A stretch of 60,922 bases of DNA from the IMG/VR virus record IMGVR_UViG_3300033183_000054, positions 1 to 60,922 of that record. One strand, written 5' to 3'. Origin of the DNA: a virus. Its lineage: Duplodnaviria > Caudoviricetes. The position numbers and the translations under genes are program-made. A model generated the notes under the pieces. That model had not been told where the DNA came from. It did no database searches and saw only the letters and a program-made list of their open reading frames with translations. Below, piece after piece: positions 28,855-38,407 of the stretch; the stretch's first letter is position 1, and each line of letters begins with the position of its first letter.

Positions 28855-29060
28855 CAGTGCATTTTCTTTCTGTTTTGTTTATTTTTATTTTGTATGTAAT
28901 CACGTACTTCTTTAAATACCTTTCCTGTTTTTTCTGCTCCCCAACTTAAAGGGACTGCTAATTGTATTTTACTATCTTCTCCAGTTATTATAACTTCTGA
29001 TTCTAATTCTAATCTTTCCAATGCTTCTTTAAACGATTCTATAAATTCATCATTTGTCAT
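28854..29060 (-). CDS. Hypothetical protein
   Basis: Start refined to MTNDEF. Confidence 0.55.
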   Translation of the reverse strand: MTNDEFIESFKEALERLELESEVIITGEDSKIQLAVPLSWGAEKTGKVFKEVRDYIQNKNKQNRKKMH

Positions 29061-29193
29061 TTTTGCTCTCTTTCTCTGCTTTGCAGTATCCGTGTGCATC
29101 AAAGGTAAACCCACACCACCACTTTTTCTTGTCGTAGTATTTGGCGGGGTTCTTGCACTTGTTGCATTTTCTGTCGTATGTTTTTATTGCCAT
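29050..29193 (-). CDS. 47-aa Cys-rich protein (not in ORF track)
   Basis: MAIKTYDRKCNKCKNPAKYYDKKKWWCGFTFDAHGYCKAEKESKNDK; fills the gap and overlaps both neighbours. Confidence 0.6.
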   Translation of the reverse strand: MAIKTYDRKCNKCKNPAKYYDKKKWWCGFTFDAHGYCKAEKESKNDK

Positions 29194-29420
29194 AGTGACA
29201 CGATTAATGCGACGGCAACTATAATTAAAGTTGCTATGTATGCTTTCGTAGTTTCATTCATATTAGAGTCATGGTCTTTAATTTCATTATATCGTGTATA
29301 GCCGTAGGCTTCTTTCATTGTGCGTGGAGTCGTTTGCGTTGCATTGTGTGGTTCAAAGAACCGATAACCTTGCTTAAGATTTTTTCTCCATATTCTGACC
29401 GTCTTATTGCTTACGTTCAT
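29184..29420 (-). CDS. Small protein with C-terminal TM helix
   Basis: TPRTMKEAYG then hydrophobic YIATLIIVAVALIVSLW. Confidence 0.6.
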   Translation of the reverse strand: MNVSNKTVRIWRKNLKQGYRFFEPHNATQTTPRTMKEAYGYTRYNEIKDHDSNMNETTKAYIATLIIVAVALIVSLWQ

Positions 29421-29595
29421 AGTTCTTCCTTTCTTTTTTAACCTGTCTAATTCTAGCTTCTCGTTCTTCATCTGACATATAATACCACTTTTCTAAGTCT
29501 TCGTAAGTCCTAAAACAGCTTATGCACCGAGACTCACCATCTATCTCCTCATAGCGACATATCTCAGTGCAAGGACTGATAGGTTTTTTCATCAT
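29404..29595 (-). CDS. DUF1289-like Cys-rich protein
   Basis: SPC..IC......C..C.RT..D...W signature. Confidence 0.8.
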   Translation of the reverse strand: MMKKPISPCTEICRYEEIDGESRCISCFRTYEDLEKWYYMSDEEREARIRQVKKERKNYERKQ

Positions 29596-29897
29596 GCTCT
29601 TTGTGATTTTTTTCGTGGTTTAATAAACGCATCTGGTTCAATAACATGAAGTTTTTTAATGGCGTCTGATAACATTTTAGTATGAGTATCTTTTATCTTT
29701 TGCTCTAATGAATCCCACTCTTTACCTGTTTTACTATTACTAGAAACAGCTTTTAGATAGTTTCTTGACCCTTCTGATAATATAATTTTTACTGGCTCAG
29801 GATGTTTTTCCAAATAGTTTGTTATTTGCTTCATGCGTTTGTCTAACTTTTCTTTATGCTCTTGTTCTAATTTATCTTGTAGTTCTTTATTAGTCAT
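29592..29897 (-). CDS. Hypothetical protein
   Basis: Operonic ORF; start refined to MTNKEL. Confidence 0.55.
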   Translation of the reverse strand: MTNKELQDKLEQEHKEKLDKRMKQITNYLEKHPEPVKIILSEGSRNYLKAVSSNSKTGKEWDSLEQKIKDTHTKMLSDAIKKLHVIEPDAFIKPRKKSQRA

Positions 29898-29898
29898 G

Positions 29899-30090
29899 TT
29901 ACTTCCTTTCATATTTTTCATTTTCGTCACGACATTCTACACTGCACCAACGTCGCTTATCTTTCACGGGGTCACCGCACCATATACAAACACCTGTATC
30001 ATTTTCTTTGACTTCGGTATTTATAGTTCTCATTGTCATATCTAATGCTTTCTGCACTTGGTCATTAGCTTTATCTATTTCATCAGCCAC
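29899..30090 (-). CDS. TraR/DksA-like C4 zinc-finger protein
   Basis: N-terminal DEIDKA helix plus CxxC...C..EC. Confidence 0.75.
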   Translation of the reverse strand: MADEIDKANDQVQKALDMTMRTINTEVKENDTGVCIWCGDPVKDKRRWCSVECRDENEKYERK

Positions 30091-30367
30091 TTAGTTTACC
30101 TAATTGTTTCATCCATGACGTACTTCTACTTGTGGTCTTCCGCTTTGGTGGTAACTTAATATCACCTTTAGCTTCCATGTCGTTTAAGATAGTAGATTTA
30201 TAACCTGTCCATTGAGTAATTGTTGTTCTTGTTGCGTTTGGGTACTTTTCCTGAACCTCTTTTACTTTAGCTACTTTCTCTTCATATGGCACGTTTCTTT
30301 TATATGCCGGTTGTCTTTGTATTTTCTTTTCAGTTAATGCTGTTTCCCATTTAGTTCTTTTACTCAA
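30083..30367 (-). CDS. Hypothetical basic protein, possible HTH
   Basis: TRTTITQWTGYKSTILNDM could form an HTH. Confidence 0.55.
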   Translation of the reverse strand: MSKRTKWETALTEKKIQRQPAYKRNVPYEEKVAKVKEVQEKYPNATRTTITQWTGYKSTILNDMEAKGDIKLPPKRKTTSRSTSWMKQLGKLSG

Positions 30368-30555
30368 AATCTACATTCCCCCACTAATTCTAATGCTCTG
30401 TGATATTCCGACTTATACACAGGTTTATCTAATTTAATTATTTTGTCGTTCGGATGTTTTTCAATATACCACTCATAGTCCTTCTTTGTCCACCTGTATT
30501 TTTTAATTATTTCACCTTCAAAGTCTAGTAATGCGTGTGTAAATATGCTATCCAT
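30364..30555 (-). CDS. Hypothetical protein
   Basis: 63 aa; AAGGGG RBS. Confidence 0.6.
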   Translation of the reverse strand: MDSIFTHALLDFEGEIIKKYRWTKKDYEWYIEKHPNDKIIKLDKPVYKSEYHRALELVGECRF

Positions 30556-30603
30556 TTATGCCCCTTCGGTAATAAAACATAGAAAGCGAGCTGATACCAG
30601 TTC

Positions 30604-30828
30604 TCAATCTTCGCAGTTACCACCGACGCAAAACTTTCCGTTAAGAATTTCATCAGCGATGTCATCACTTATTGTCTTACGTTCAGCTTCATCTATATCA
30701 TGCTCAATCTTTTTACAGGCATCGGATTTAAGTAGTAAATTTAACTCTTCAATAATAGCTTCCGATTCTTCTGTCTGCTCTTGGCTTTCAATCAGTCTTT
30801 TAATTCGTAAAAATAAATCTTCACTCAT
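30604..30828 (-). CDS. Hypothetical acidic protein
   Basis: AAGGAG RBS; C-term C.GGNCED. Confidence 0.6.
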   Translation of the reverse strand: MSEDLFLRIKRLIESQEQTEESEAIIEELNLLLKSDACKKIEHDIDEAERKTISDDIADEILNGKFCVGGNCED

Positions 30829-31105
30829 TAGCTTTCTCCTTCAAGTAATCTTCCAGTTCTTTGGCATACCATATAATTTTACCTACGTCGTTAATCATAT
30901 CTTCATCGTGTCCCTTGTATCCTAGACGTGTGATGTATTTAATAATTGTGCCACGCAGATAACCTATGTATTCTTCCATGGTCAGTTTTGAACGTATTAT
31001 CTTTATAGTCTCTATCCCCTTTTTATAGTGTGGGGGATGATTAACCATGTCAACTGCTTTCGTGGGATTTCCCACGGCTTCTCTTCCGTCTGTCTCTGTG
31101 TTCAT
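30821..31105 (-). CDS. DUF3310 (T7 gp1.7-like) protein
   Basis: DMVNHPPHY..GIE and G..IKY..R...K....D..K..WY. Confidence 0.85.
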   Translation of the reverse strand: MNTETDGREAVGNPTKAVDMVNHPPHYKKGIETIKIIRSKLTMEEYIGYLRGTIIKYITRLGYKGHDEDMINDVGKIIWYAKELEDYLKEKANE

Positions 31106-31394
31106 TTTTAGCCTTTCTAATTATACTGTTTAGTTCATCAATATTAGTCTCATCAACCACAATACTAATGCCCCCAGCAAAGTGTATATCAGTTAAGTGT
31201 TTCATCTGTAACGCCGTCGGTTTGTTGCCATTGGCTTTGCACTCAATACCATAAAATGTCCCTTTCCAACAAGCAATAATGTCAGGCACTCCACTAGCAC
31301 CATAACCTCCTGTCGCAGGCATAAAGAAGTAAGCATCTAGCTTAGTTAAAATTTTTTTAGCTTTATCTTTAATCTTCTTTTCGGGGGTAGTCAT
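31050..31394 (-). CDS. VRR-NUC nuclease (Holliday-junction resolvase-like)
   Basis: TPE..K, G..GVPDII, GIECK, PT.LQ, AGG motifs. Confidence 0.88.
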   Translation of the reverse strand: MTTPEKKIKDKAKKILTKLDAYFFMPATGGYGASGVPDIIACWKGTFYGIECKANGNKPTALQMKHLTDIHFAGGISIVVDETNIDELNSIIRKAKNEHRDRRKRSRGKSHESS

Positions 31395-31731
31395 TGTAGA
31401 AACTTCCTGTGAGTTCATAAAAGTCATTAACGTGAATGATAACAACATACATACTTTCAGATGCTCGCCATGCAGTATCAGGGTCGCCTATTTCTTCATG
31501 GCAATTAAATACATCCATAGCATTTAATTCGTGGTCTTCTTTGTAGCTTGTGGCAATACAGTTAGCCACAGTGATTTTTGATTTGATGAAACTTGGTAGG
31601 GTTTTTAGGCTATATCGTCTACGAAAGTTTTTAGCCACGTAGACGATATAAACATCGTCTTCCTTGTATACAGGAACACGAACATAATCTGTTAGTTTAA
31701 AATGTGGTATTGGTTCTAGTTCTTTAAACAT
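31369..31731 (-). CDS. Hypothetical protein
   Basis: 120 aa operonic ORF. Confidence 0.65.
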   Translation of the reverse strand: MFKELEPIPHFKLTDYVRVPVYKEDDVYIVYVAKNFRRRYSLKTLPSFIKSKITVANCIATSYKEDHELNAMDVFNCHEEIGDPDTAWRASESMYVVIIHVNDFYELTGSFYNDYPRKED

Positions 31732-32761
31732 CCGTTACAATCGTTGTAAGCATTTTAAAAGTATTACTATAATCACCGATGCCGTATGTAAGTATACCAA
31801 AGTCTTTATGGAATATGTTTGCATCGCTATACCAACCATTACCTTCTAAGAAATAATTATCATATATCTTCTTTGAGTTTTGTTCGTCAGGTTCATAACC
31901 GACTTTAAACATAGTTAGTTTTGGTATGATACTTTCAAAGTGTTCATAATCTTGTATATCGACGTAGCGTTTCATGTGTAAGATTTCTAAGTCTTTCGTA
32001 TCTAGTCTATCTTGTCTATCAATCACTTTAGCTTGTCCAATAATATACCCGTCGTAGTATCTAGAAGTCATCAAAAAGTGAAATGGTTTTCTAATACTTT
32101 GTTGTGCTATTTCTAGACCTGATTCAATATCTTCGTTTATTTTGTGTAATTTGTCAAGTGTATCCGCATAGAGTTTAGCAGTATTACCATCAACAATTAC
32201 ATCTTTACCTGATGCTTTTTCGATAAGTAATTGTAATGCTACACCACCGATAGTAGTGTTATCCCTTCTACTCATTAACTTATCTAAGTCTACGACAAGT
32301 GTTGATAAATCTCTTGCCATTTTTTTAGTTTGCATCATGTTAATTTCATCACCTACGTGGTCGATAGATTTTTCTCGGTCTTTAATCTTCTTCATTAACC
32401 TATTTAAGTGTATTGAAGTAAGGCTATATCTATCCCCTTGTTCTTTTATTATATTAGGTGATATGTATGTGTAGTTATCAACCCATTGGTCTCTATGATT
32501 TATTTTCTCTACTATAACGATACATTTAGGTAGTCCGTCATCTAAACCCATCAACCACCCATCACGTTTTTCAGTATCAGTATCGGTAGATACTTCATAC
32601 CCACTCCATGAAGATTTCATATTTACTTTGTTAATAACTTTGTATTTAAAAGCGTGATTGATTTCCTCAATAAATGGTCTTGCAATTCCCATCAGATTAG
32701 AATATTTCTGATGAGCGTAGTCGTCAATAAATAGTTTTTTGCTATCGTTTACAGTGGTCAT
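31724..32761 (-). CDS. Hypothetical early protein
   Basis: 345 aa; GAGGAG RBS. Confidence 0.75.
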   Translation of the reverse strand: MTTVNDSKKLFIDDYAHQKYSNLMGIARPFIEEINHAFKYKVINKVNMKSSWSGYEVSTDTDTEKRDGWLMGLDDGLPKCIVIVEKINHRDQWVDNYTYISPNIIKEQGDRYSLTSIHLNRLMKKIKDREKSIDHVGDEINMMQTKKMARDLSTLVVDLDKLMSRRDNTTIGGVALQLLIEKASGKDVIVDGNTAKLYADTLDKLHKINEDIESGLEIAQQSIRKPFHFLMTSRYYDGYIIGQAKVIDRQDRLDTKDLEILHMKRYVDIQDYEHFESIIPKLTMFKVGYEPDEQNSKKIYDNYFLEGNGWYSDANIFHKDFGILTYGIGDYSNTFKMLTTIVTDV

Positions 32762-33645
32762 TATATTCTCCCTCTAAGTTTAATTTCAATATCGTGGTTT
32801 GAACCTGCGAAAAATTTATCCTCGCAAGGTGTTACTCTCTCTTTGTAAGCATCGTCATAAAAATTCCTGAGTTCATGTATGATTGCCTTGTCATAATGTT
32901 TTAACAGATGACGCTTGAATGCATCAGGAAAGAATTGCGTTCTTTGACATGGATAGCATGTATATGCTTTCAGTGCAAAATGTATTGCATCTTTGTTTTG
33001 TAGATACTCTTTACTAGACGTGTTTCTAAACTTATCGCTTACTATTATATTTACTATTTCATTAGGTTCTAATGTAGTTAGCCAAGGTAAGACTTGTTTG
33101 AAAATACTAGCATTCTCTTTCTTAATCTTGTTTGTGGTCTTTCGATTAAGAATCTTCTCAACGATATCATACTCATACCCTTCCACAACCTTGTCAGTAT
33201 CCATGTAATATCGTATACCTTTTCGTATTGGTATTACAGTGTAGTAGTCTTTAGAAAATATCCTTGAATAACAAAAGCCACCACGTCGTTTTTCATTGTA
33301 GAAAGTTTGTCCTTCTCGGAATCCATAGTCTAGCCAACCTTCAGTTGCGTTTAGTGTTTTAAGTATTTGTGTCTCGCCTTGTGAATATCCCCATTTCTCA
33401 TGTGGATTGAATTCTACAATGTTCATAGGAAACACTGATAGTAAAAGGTTTTCTTTACCGTAGAACACGTCAAACATAGCTATCCGATTTACACCCTTGT
33501 CATCTTTCTCGTAGTGAGCAGTGAAATATTTAGTTGATGAATACCTTCTTTCATCCCAACAATAGTCTTCGGTATACCTACCTCTGATTGGTTCTTGTGT
33601 GTTTACTATATCGCACAGTTTGTCATATGTTATATTCTCTAGCAT
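32761..33645 (-). CDS. Hypothetical early protein
   Basis: 294 aa; TAATG coupling at both ends. Confidence 0.75.
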   Translation of the reverse strand: MLENITYDKLCDIVNTQEPIRGRYTEDYCWDERRYSSTKYFTAHYEKDDKGVNRIAMFDVFYGKENLLLSVFPMNIVEFNPHEKWGYSQGETQILKTLNATEGWLDYGFREGQTFYNEKRRGGFCYSRIFSKDYYTVIPIRKGIRYYMDTDKVVEGYEYDIVEKILNRKTTNKIKKENASIFKQVLPWLTTLEPNEIVNIIVSDKFRNTSSKEYLQNKDAIHFALKAYTCYPCQRTQFFPDAFKRHLLKHYDKAIIHELRNFYDDAYKERVTPCEDKFFAGSNHDIEIKLRGRI

Positions 33646-33896
33646 TACTCATTCCCTTCTATACATTCTTTGTCTGTCTTGATATAAACAGTGCTGACTG
33701 GGTCAGCCTGTTCATACACCGTGTTGTTTTTACATAGATAAGTTATCGGTTCGTCGTATAAGAAACTCATATACATTAGATACCCTCTGTATCCCGACAT
33801 ACCAACAACCACACCCAACGCAAACCAAAACAACAATATAAAATAGTATGCGTATTCTCTTTCTATAATTACTTTGTGTCCTCTAACATTACTCAT
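33645..33896 (-). CDS. Small membrane protein
   Basis: One TM helix and a C-terminal Cys pair; GGAGG RBS. Confidence 0.65.
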   Translation of the reverse strand: MSNVRGHKVIIEREYAYYFILLFWFALGVVVGMSGYRGYLMYMSFLYDEPITYLCKNNTVYEQADPVSTVYIKTDKECIEGNE

Positions 33897-34048
33897 GACG
33901 AGACCTCCTCTGCTTGAAAGTCAGCATCCCAAACTTGCCACTCAGTTTCTTCTTGAGCCTTTCGGATTGCTTGTTCTTCTGTTTGTGCAAACACTGTAAT
34001 AGGTTTGCAATACTGCGTTATACTAACTCTATATACTTTACTATTCAT
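33893..34048 (-). CDS. 51-aa protein (not in ORF track)
   Basis: MNSKVYRVSITQYCKPITVFAQTEEQAIRKAQEE...; GAGGAG RBS; ATGA overlap with the next gene. Confidence 0.7.
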   Translation of the reverse strand: MNSKVYRVSITQYCKPITVFAQTEEQAIRKAQEETEWQVWDADFQAEEVSS

Positions 34049-34062
34049 CTTCTTCTCCTCTG

Positions 34063-35262
34063 TTAGTGGGAATTCCCACGGTTATACTTCACAATCTTGC
34101 CTGTCGGAACACGCAAGTCCTCGTTCTCTGTTACTAGCCACAGTGTTGGATAAGATATATTCCACTCAAGGTTATCTGTGCCATAGAAGTTACCATCAGT
34201 AAATACAATCAAACCCTGTGCGTTGATGTTGTTATCGTTGATATACTTAGGAATACATTGTGGGTCAGTGCCACCACCACCTTTTGGCTTGACCTGATTC
34301 TGTATGTCTGTATAGTCATCAGCAAACTCTTGGATACCATGCACTTCTGTATCCCACCATAGCAGTTTAATTTTTTCAGGATTAGCGACCTCACAGATTG
34401 AAACCAGTTCTGACGTGAACTCAGTAAGTTCTCGTGTGCCGATAGAGCCTGATGTGTCAATGGCAACAACAAGTTCACCCACTCTCTCATTCTCAGTGAT
34501 TGGTAAGTATATGTCGTTGACCATGTGTCGCTTGTTGAACCTACGCCAAGAGTATTCGTCTGTTCCTCGTGTTACTGACATAATGAATTCTCTCAACACA
34601 GTTCGCCAGTCGACCTTCGGTGCTAGTAAGTCCTCAATCGTTCTAGGAATCTTAGCACCAAGTCTGCCAGCCAATACTGAACCCTCACGCAGTGCCTTGT
34701 CGATACTGTCGGATAGTTCATTAGATTGTTTCTCAGACATTGTCTGACCATGTTCAAAGTCGTGTTCGTCCATAGTATTGCCATTACCATCGCCATACTT
34801 TTGTTCAAACTCTTGTGGTCTGTTTTGTCGCATATCTTTCAAGTCGTTGTATACCTCACGCACCGACCAGTTGTGATACTTGTCATCGACCAGTCCACCC
34901 TCAGGTAGTCTAAGAAACCCATGCTCTTTGATGTTCACAATTACATCGTTGACAACATAATCTGCTGACATGTTGACCAGTTGGGGGTCGTCCTTAAACT
35001 CACGCTTGAACCTAGCGACGTGCTTGAGAGCGACGTGTAAGTTCTCGTGAAGAACCAATGCTCGTAGTTCTTCGTCTTTAAGTTTAGATACAAACGACCG
35101 ACCATACTTCTTATTCACACCATCGGTGTATGCCGTAATATTCTCATCAATGATTTCGCTTTTACCCATCATCATTACACCTGAATACAAAGCAGTCTCG
35201 TGATGTTTCATCAAAGCTATATGAGCTTTCTTCAGTCTTGTTTCTTCTGTTATTCTATTCAT
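34063..35262 (-). CDS. DUF2201-type metallopeptidase-vWA protein
   Basis: TAYTDG, LHENLH (HExxH), IDTSGS MIDAS, GGGGT and FTDG; AGGAG RBS before MNRIT. Confidence 0.9.
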   Translation of the reverse strand: MNRITEETRLKKAHIALMKHHETALYSGVMMMGKSEIIDENITAYTDGVNKKYGRSFVSKLKDEELRALVLHENLHVALKHVARFKREFKDDPQLVNMSADYVVNDVIVNIKEHGFLRLPEGGLVDDKYHNWSVREVYNDLKDMRQNRPQEFEQKYGDGNGNTMDEHDFEHGQTMSEKQSNELSDSIDKALREGSVLAGRLGAKIPRTIEDLLAPKVDWRTVLREFIMSVTRGTDEYSWRRFNKRHMVNDIYLPITENERVGELVVAIDTSGSIGTRELTEFTSELVSICEVANPEKIKLLWWDTEVHGIQEFADDYTDIQNQVKPKGGGGTDPQCIPKYINDNNINAQGLIVFTDGNFYGTDNLEWNISYPTLWLVTENEDLRVPTGKIVKYNRGNSH

Positions 35263-35272
35263 TGATAGTCTC

Positions 35273-36328
35273 CTAGAATAAGTCAAAGTTTTCTTCGCAC
35301 CACTTAGCAATCTGTTTGTTACCTCGTGCTATGTCTCGTGCTTTCTTAGATTTAACCATCATGGTAAAGAACACGGCTTGCATCTCACTGCTTGGTAGTC
35401 TGTTTACAAACTTCATGAAGTCAGATAACTCGTCCTGTGTCTTGAGTATGTCCACAGCTTGGAACATAATCATAAGTTGTGCTGATATTTCAGATGGTAT
35501 AGCTATCTTGTCAGGGTTATCTAAGATGTCTTGGAACTTAGGTAATTTTTTCTCTAGCGATAAGAACGCTGACATATCCGACGATGCACTCGTGCCGATA
35601 GTGCCTGACAATGCTGACATTGTAGCCTTATCTCCTAGTGTGTCTCTGTTAGAAACAATGACGGAAGACTTAGCCAATGAGCGTGGCGAGACAAAACTCA
35701 GTTGATGTTTCTTCGGATTGAAGATGTAGGGGTTGTCCTCTTGGTTATCATCTAAGTAACTTGCTAGTGAACGAGGAAACATGTGAACCCATGCTCTGAT
35801 AAGCGGATGTATGTCGTTATCAGTTGCCCATATTAGCCAGTCATCTACTTGTGGTTTTTCCATTTGCAAGATACAAACCCTGTTACCCGCATGGGCTAGC
35901 ATAGTGTCGCCTACTCCGTCGGATTGGTTGTTCGATGTGCCAAACACAATAGAACCTTCAGGCAGTGGTGTATCACCTACGCATCTCTCTAGCATTAGCC
36001 TTGTAAAGATAACTTGTAGTAGCTTAGGGGATTTCATAAACTCGTCGAGCAATATAACTTTTGGTTTATCACTTTCTAGTTTGAATATAGAACCCACGTA
36101 GCTTTCCAATGTTTTAGTATCATGGTTAGGAATAGTCATAGCTATGTCTGACATATCTTTCACTGGGCAGTCAACATAGATGTAGTCGTATTTGTCGCCC
36201 AAGTCTTCCTCTAGCATGTGAAGTAATGATGTCTTACCACACCCAGGCTCGGATTGTATGATTGGTGTAATCTCTTTACCGATAGTTGGGATAAGTGTTC
36301 GTAGTTCTTTAATTGTTACTGTGTGCAT
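35273..36328 (-). CDS. MoxR-type AAA+ ATPase
   Basis: SEPGCGKT Walker A; LLDE Walker B; NR and SPRS motifs; next to the vWA gene. Confidence 0.9.
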   Translation of the reverse strand: MHTVTIKELRTLIPTIGKEITPIIQSEPGCGKTSLLHMLEEDLGDKYDYIYVDCPVKDMSDIAMTIPNHDTKTLESYVGSIFKLESDKPKVILLDEFMKSPKLLQVIFTRLMLERCVGDTPLPEGSIVFGTSNNQSDGVGDTMLAHAGNRVCILQMEKPQVDDWLIWATDNDIHPLIRAWVHMFPRSLASYLDDNQEDNPYIFNPKKHQLSFVSPRSLAKSSVIVSNRDTLGDKATMSALSGTIGTSASSDMSAFLSLEKKLPKFQDILDNPDKIAIPSEISAQLMIMFQAVDILKTQDELSDFMKFVNRLPSSEMQAVFFTMMVKSKKARDIARGNKQIAKWCEENFDLF

Positions 36329-36361
36329 TATGCTCTCCTTTATGTGTGGGAAATCCCACGA

Positions 36362-37273
36362 TTAGAATTGAAATTTAGAAAGTATGTCTTCTACGTCGTT
36401 CTTAACACGCTCTCTTGTGCTATCACTTACTCGTAGCTTTTCACTGTCAACACCTTGTAGGGTATCGTCTAATTGATTCGCTACTGACCTAAGTCTTGTG
36501 CTATGTTCATCATCAGTTAGTTGGAAGTTCCTGATTGTTTCGCATAACTCTTTTGCTTTCTCGATGGTGCTATCATAGATTTTGCGTTTCTTAGTTGTGG
36601 TCTTGCCGTCTTTTGTAACCTCTTGCGTTCCACAACAGTGTGCGATGCTTTCCATGACATTCGTGATTCGTTCTGTTTGTTGATGTAATACATTCTTAAC
36701 TATCTCCTCAGCTTGTTTTTGGTATTGTAGTTTCAAGTCGCTCGCCAAGTCTTGTGCTACTTGACAACGAAAGTCTTGCTCAGGCACTTCAGAAACATAC
36801 AGGTTACATGCAAACTTACTTCTGACTTCGTCAACACTTGGGTAATCATCTGCGTTATACATATCACCCTGACTGAAAGCCATGTTTGATTTAATAGTGT
36901 CATACCTATCACAGAAATCATCTAGTAGTCTGTAAAACTCTGTCTGATGTTCGTCATACTCAGATTTGAATTTCTCTAAGTTGATTGTAGGTAATAAGTC
37001 TTGACTGACGTTCCATCGGTATGTGTTGCGTTTAGCCCAGTTGTAAATGGTCTGTCGATAGTTCACCAAGTCTTTGTGATAGATGTTGTTAGCTAATAGA
37101 TTTTTAACAAACCTACCTGCGTTACTGTCTGCTCGTTTAAGTTTGGTTACCTCTGATGAGATACCTCTGTCTTGTTTTGTTGCTGACCAAACATTTACGT
37201 CTACTGATACCAATACTGCTGATGTGGCTAGTGATGTAATATGTTTAGGTTGTTGTAGTTCGACGTAGTGCAT
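36362..37273 (-). CDS. DUF3150-like protein
   Basis: Helical 303 aa with DDYP...VRSKF; usual position upstream of phage AAA/vWA pairs. Confidence 0.65.
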   Translation of the reverse strand: MHYVELQQPKHITSLATSAVLVSVDVNVWSATKQDRGISSEVTKLKRADSNAGRFVKNLLANNIYHKDLVNYRQTIYNWAKRNTYRWNVSQDLLPTINLEKFKSEYDEHQTEFYRLLDDFCDRYDTIKSNMAFSQGDMYNADDYPSVDEVRSKFACNLYVSEVPEQDFRCQVAQDLASDLKLQYQKQAEEIVKNVLHQQTERITNVMESIAHCCGTQEVTKDGKTTTKKRKIYDSTIEKAKELCETIRNFQLTDDEHSTRLRSVANQLDDTLQGVDSEKLRVSDSTRERVKNDVEDILSKFQF

Positions 37274-37360
37274 GTCGTTCTCCTATAAAGTTAATATGTA
37301 TCGTGGGAAATCCCACGCTCTCTGTTGCTACTTAACGCTAGTGTTGCTACGCATGGTTTA

Positions 37361-37413
37361 TAATTCTCTCTAACCATAATAATATTATAGCAAACTTTAC
37401 TAATTCTACAATA
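37361..37413 (-). promoter_or_regulatory. Extended -10 sigma70 promoter, copy 1 of a duplicated block
   Basis: TTGTAG-16 bp-TATAAT with TGn on the - strand; -10 at 37384-37389; near-identical to 38971-39023. Confidence 0.75.
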
Positions 37414-37450
37414 GCCTAGCACGACTATTTTTGTTCGGTGTATTGCTCTG

Positions 37451-37603
37451 TTAGCTATCCTCCTCTCTGTCAAAGTCAAGTTCAATATCAGACAAGTCTT
37501 CTGTCTGTTCTTCCTCAGGATACTCCCACACCCTGTCCTTTTTATTTATGTTCTTGCGATTGTGCATGATAATTTTCCAATCATCTTTGTTTGTCATACT
37601 CAT
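37451..37603 (-). CDS. 50-aa protein with acidic tail (not in ORF track)
   Basis: AGGAG RBS; MSMTNKDDWKIIMHNRKN...DFDREEDS. Confidence 0.6.
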   Translation of the reverse strand: MSMTNKDDWKIIMHNRKNINKKDRVWEYPEEEQTEDLSDIELDFDREEDS

Positions 37604-37710
37604 GGTTTTTCTCCTAATCTATGTCTTAACACCTCAACAACCAAATCTAAAGATTCGCCGTCCGTCGTATTTTTATCAAGTATTACCTTAAGTAGTTCTT
37701 TGTCAGTCAT
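37600..37710 (-). CDS. 36-aa protein (not in ORF track)
   Basis: MTDKELLKVILDKNTTDGESLDLVVEVLRHRLGEKP; ATGA overlap with the next gene. Confidence 0.5.
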   Translation of the reverse strand: MTDKELLKVILDKNTTDGESLDLVVEVLRHRLGEKP

Positions 37711-37718
37711 ATTTAAAT

Positions 37719-37919
37719 TCACTTGATTAGTCCCCCTTTATTGTTGATGCCTTTTAAGTCATCGTAGTTTGTGAACACCATGTAGTTTGATTTGTGCATC
37801 GGTGCTACACAGTGCTTTACTTTCTCGGCTTGTTTCTCCCCACAGTCAAGACAAACCTTGAAACCTAGTTTTGCTCTATCGCTAGAGAATTCATTACCAC
37901 ACGTTATGCAGTTAGTCAT
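37719..37919 (-). CDS. C4 zinc-finger protein (TraR/DksA-type finger)
   Basis: C..CG..F...R..LG...C..C; AAGGAG RBS. Confidence 0.7.
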   Translation of the reverse strand: MTNCITCGNEFSSDRAKLGFKVCLDCGEKQAEKVKHCVAPMHKSNYMVFTNYDDLKGINNKGGLIK

Positions 37920-38172
37920 AGTCTATCTCCTTATTGCGTAATGCGTCGGCTATCAAGTGAACTAAGTCATTTATATCTTTGGTGTCGATATAGTGTTCGA
38001 TTAGTTCTTGAATACAATACTTTTGCTCTGCGTTCTCGTATTGCTCAGGCACACATCTTTCTTCTAATACTTTATAAGCCATCGCATACTTGTCTGTCGG
38101 TGTTGGGCAATTAACTTCCACCTCGTTCACCCAATACGTCCATGCGTCGTCTTCAATACTTGGCATACTCAT
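37912..38172 (-). CDS. Hypothetical protein
   Basis: GGAGAG RBS before MSMPSIE. Confidence 0.6.
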   Translation of the reverse strand: MSMPSIEDDAWTYWVNEVEVNCPTPTDKYAMAYKVLEERCVPEQYENAEQKYCIQELIEHYIDTKDINDLVHLIADALRNKEIDYD

Positions 38173-38405
38173 TCCATCTCTCCCCACCATCTGCGTTCGT
38201 CTACCAAGCGTTCTGCTAGCTCATCATCAGAAAGTTTATTGTATGAAAGACACCCATCTTCATGTAGTCTAACTATTTCTTCTACTAAGTCTTTATGGCT
38301 AGAGCTTTCCCATGACTTTTCTTTATAGTCTAATAACATATCTAATATCTCATCTCGACTATATCTAGCTTTGGTCTCTGTTATTAAATAATCTCTGTCG
38401 CTCAT
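38169..38405 (-). CDS. Hypothetical acidic protein, paralogue of 38408-38668
   Basis: YSRD...EI..L...G.....SD..LAE pattern shared with its neighbour. Confidence 0.65.
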   Translation of the reverse strand: MSDRDYLITETKARYSRDEILDMLLDYKEKSWESSSHKDLVEEIVRLHEDGCLSYNKLSDDELAERLVDERRWWGEME

Positions 38406-38407
38406 AT

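Noticed and set aside
37302-37317. Palindromes as CsrA/RsmA sites or parS
   Set aside because: GGA lies in the stem rather than a loop, the sequence does not match parS (TGTTTCACGTGAAACA), and there is no parA/parB.
37291-37485. 64-aa ORF from the track
   Set aside because: It runs across the duplicated promoter and palindrome, lacks an RBS, and overlaps a better ORF (37451-37603).
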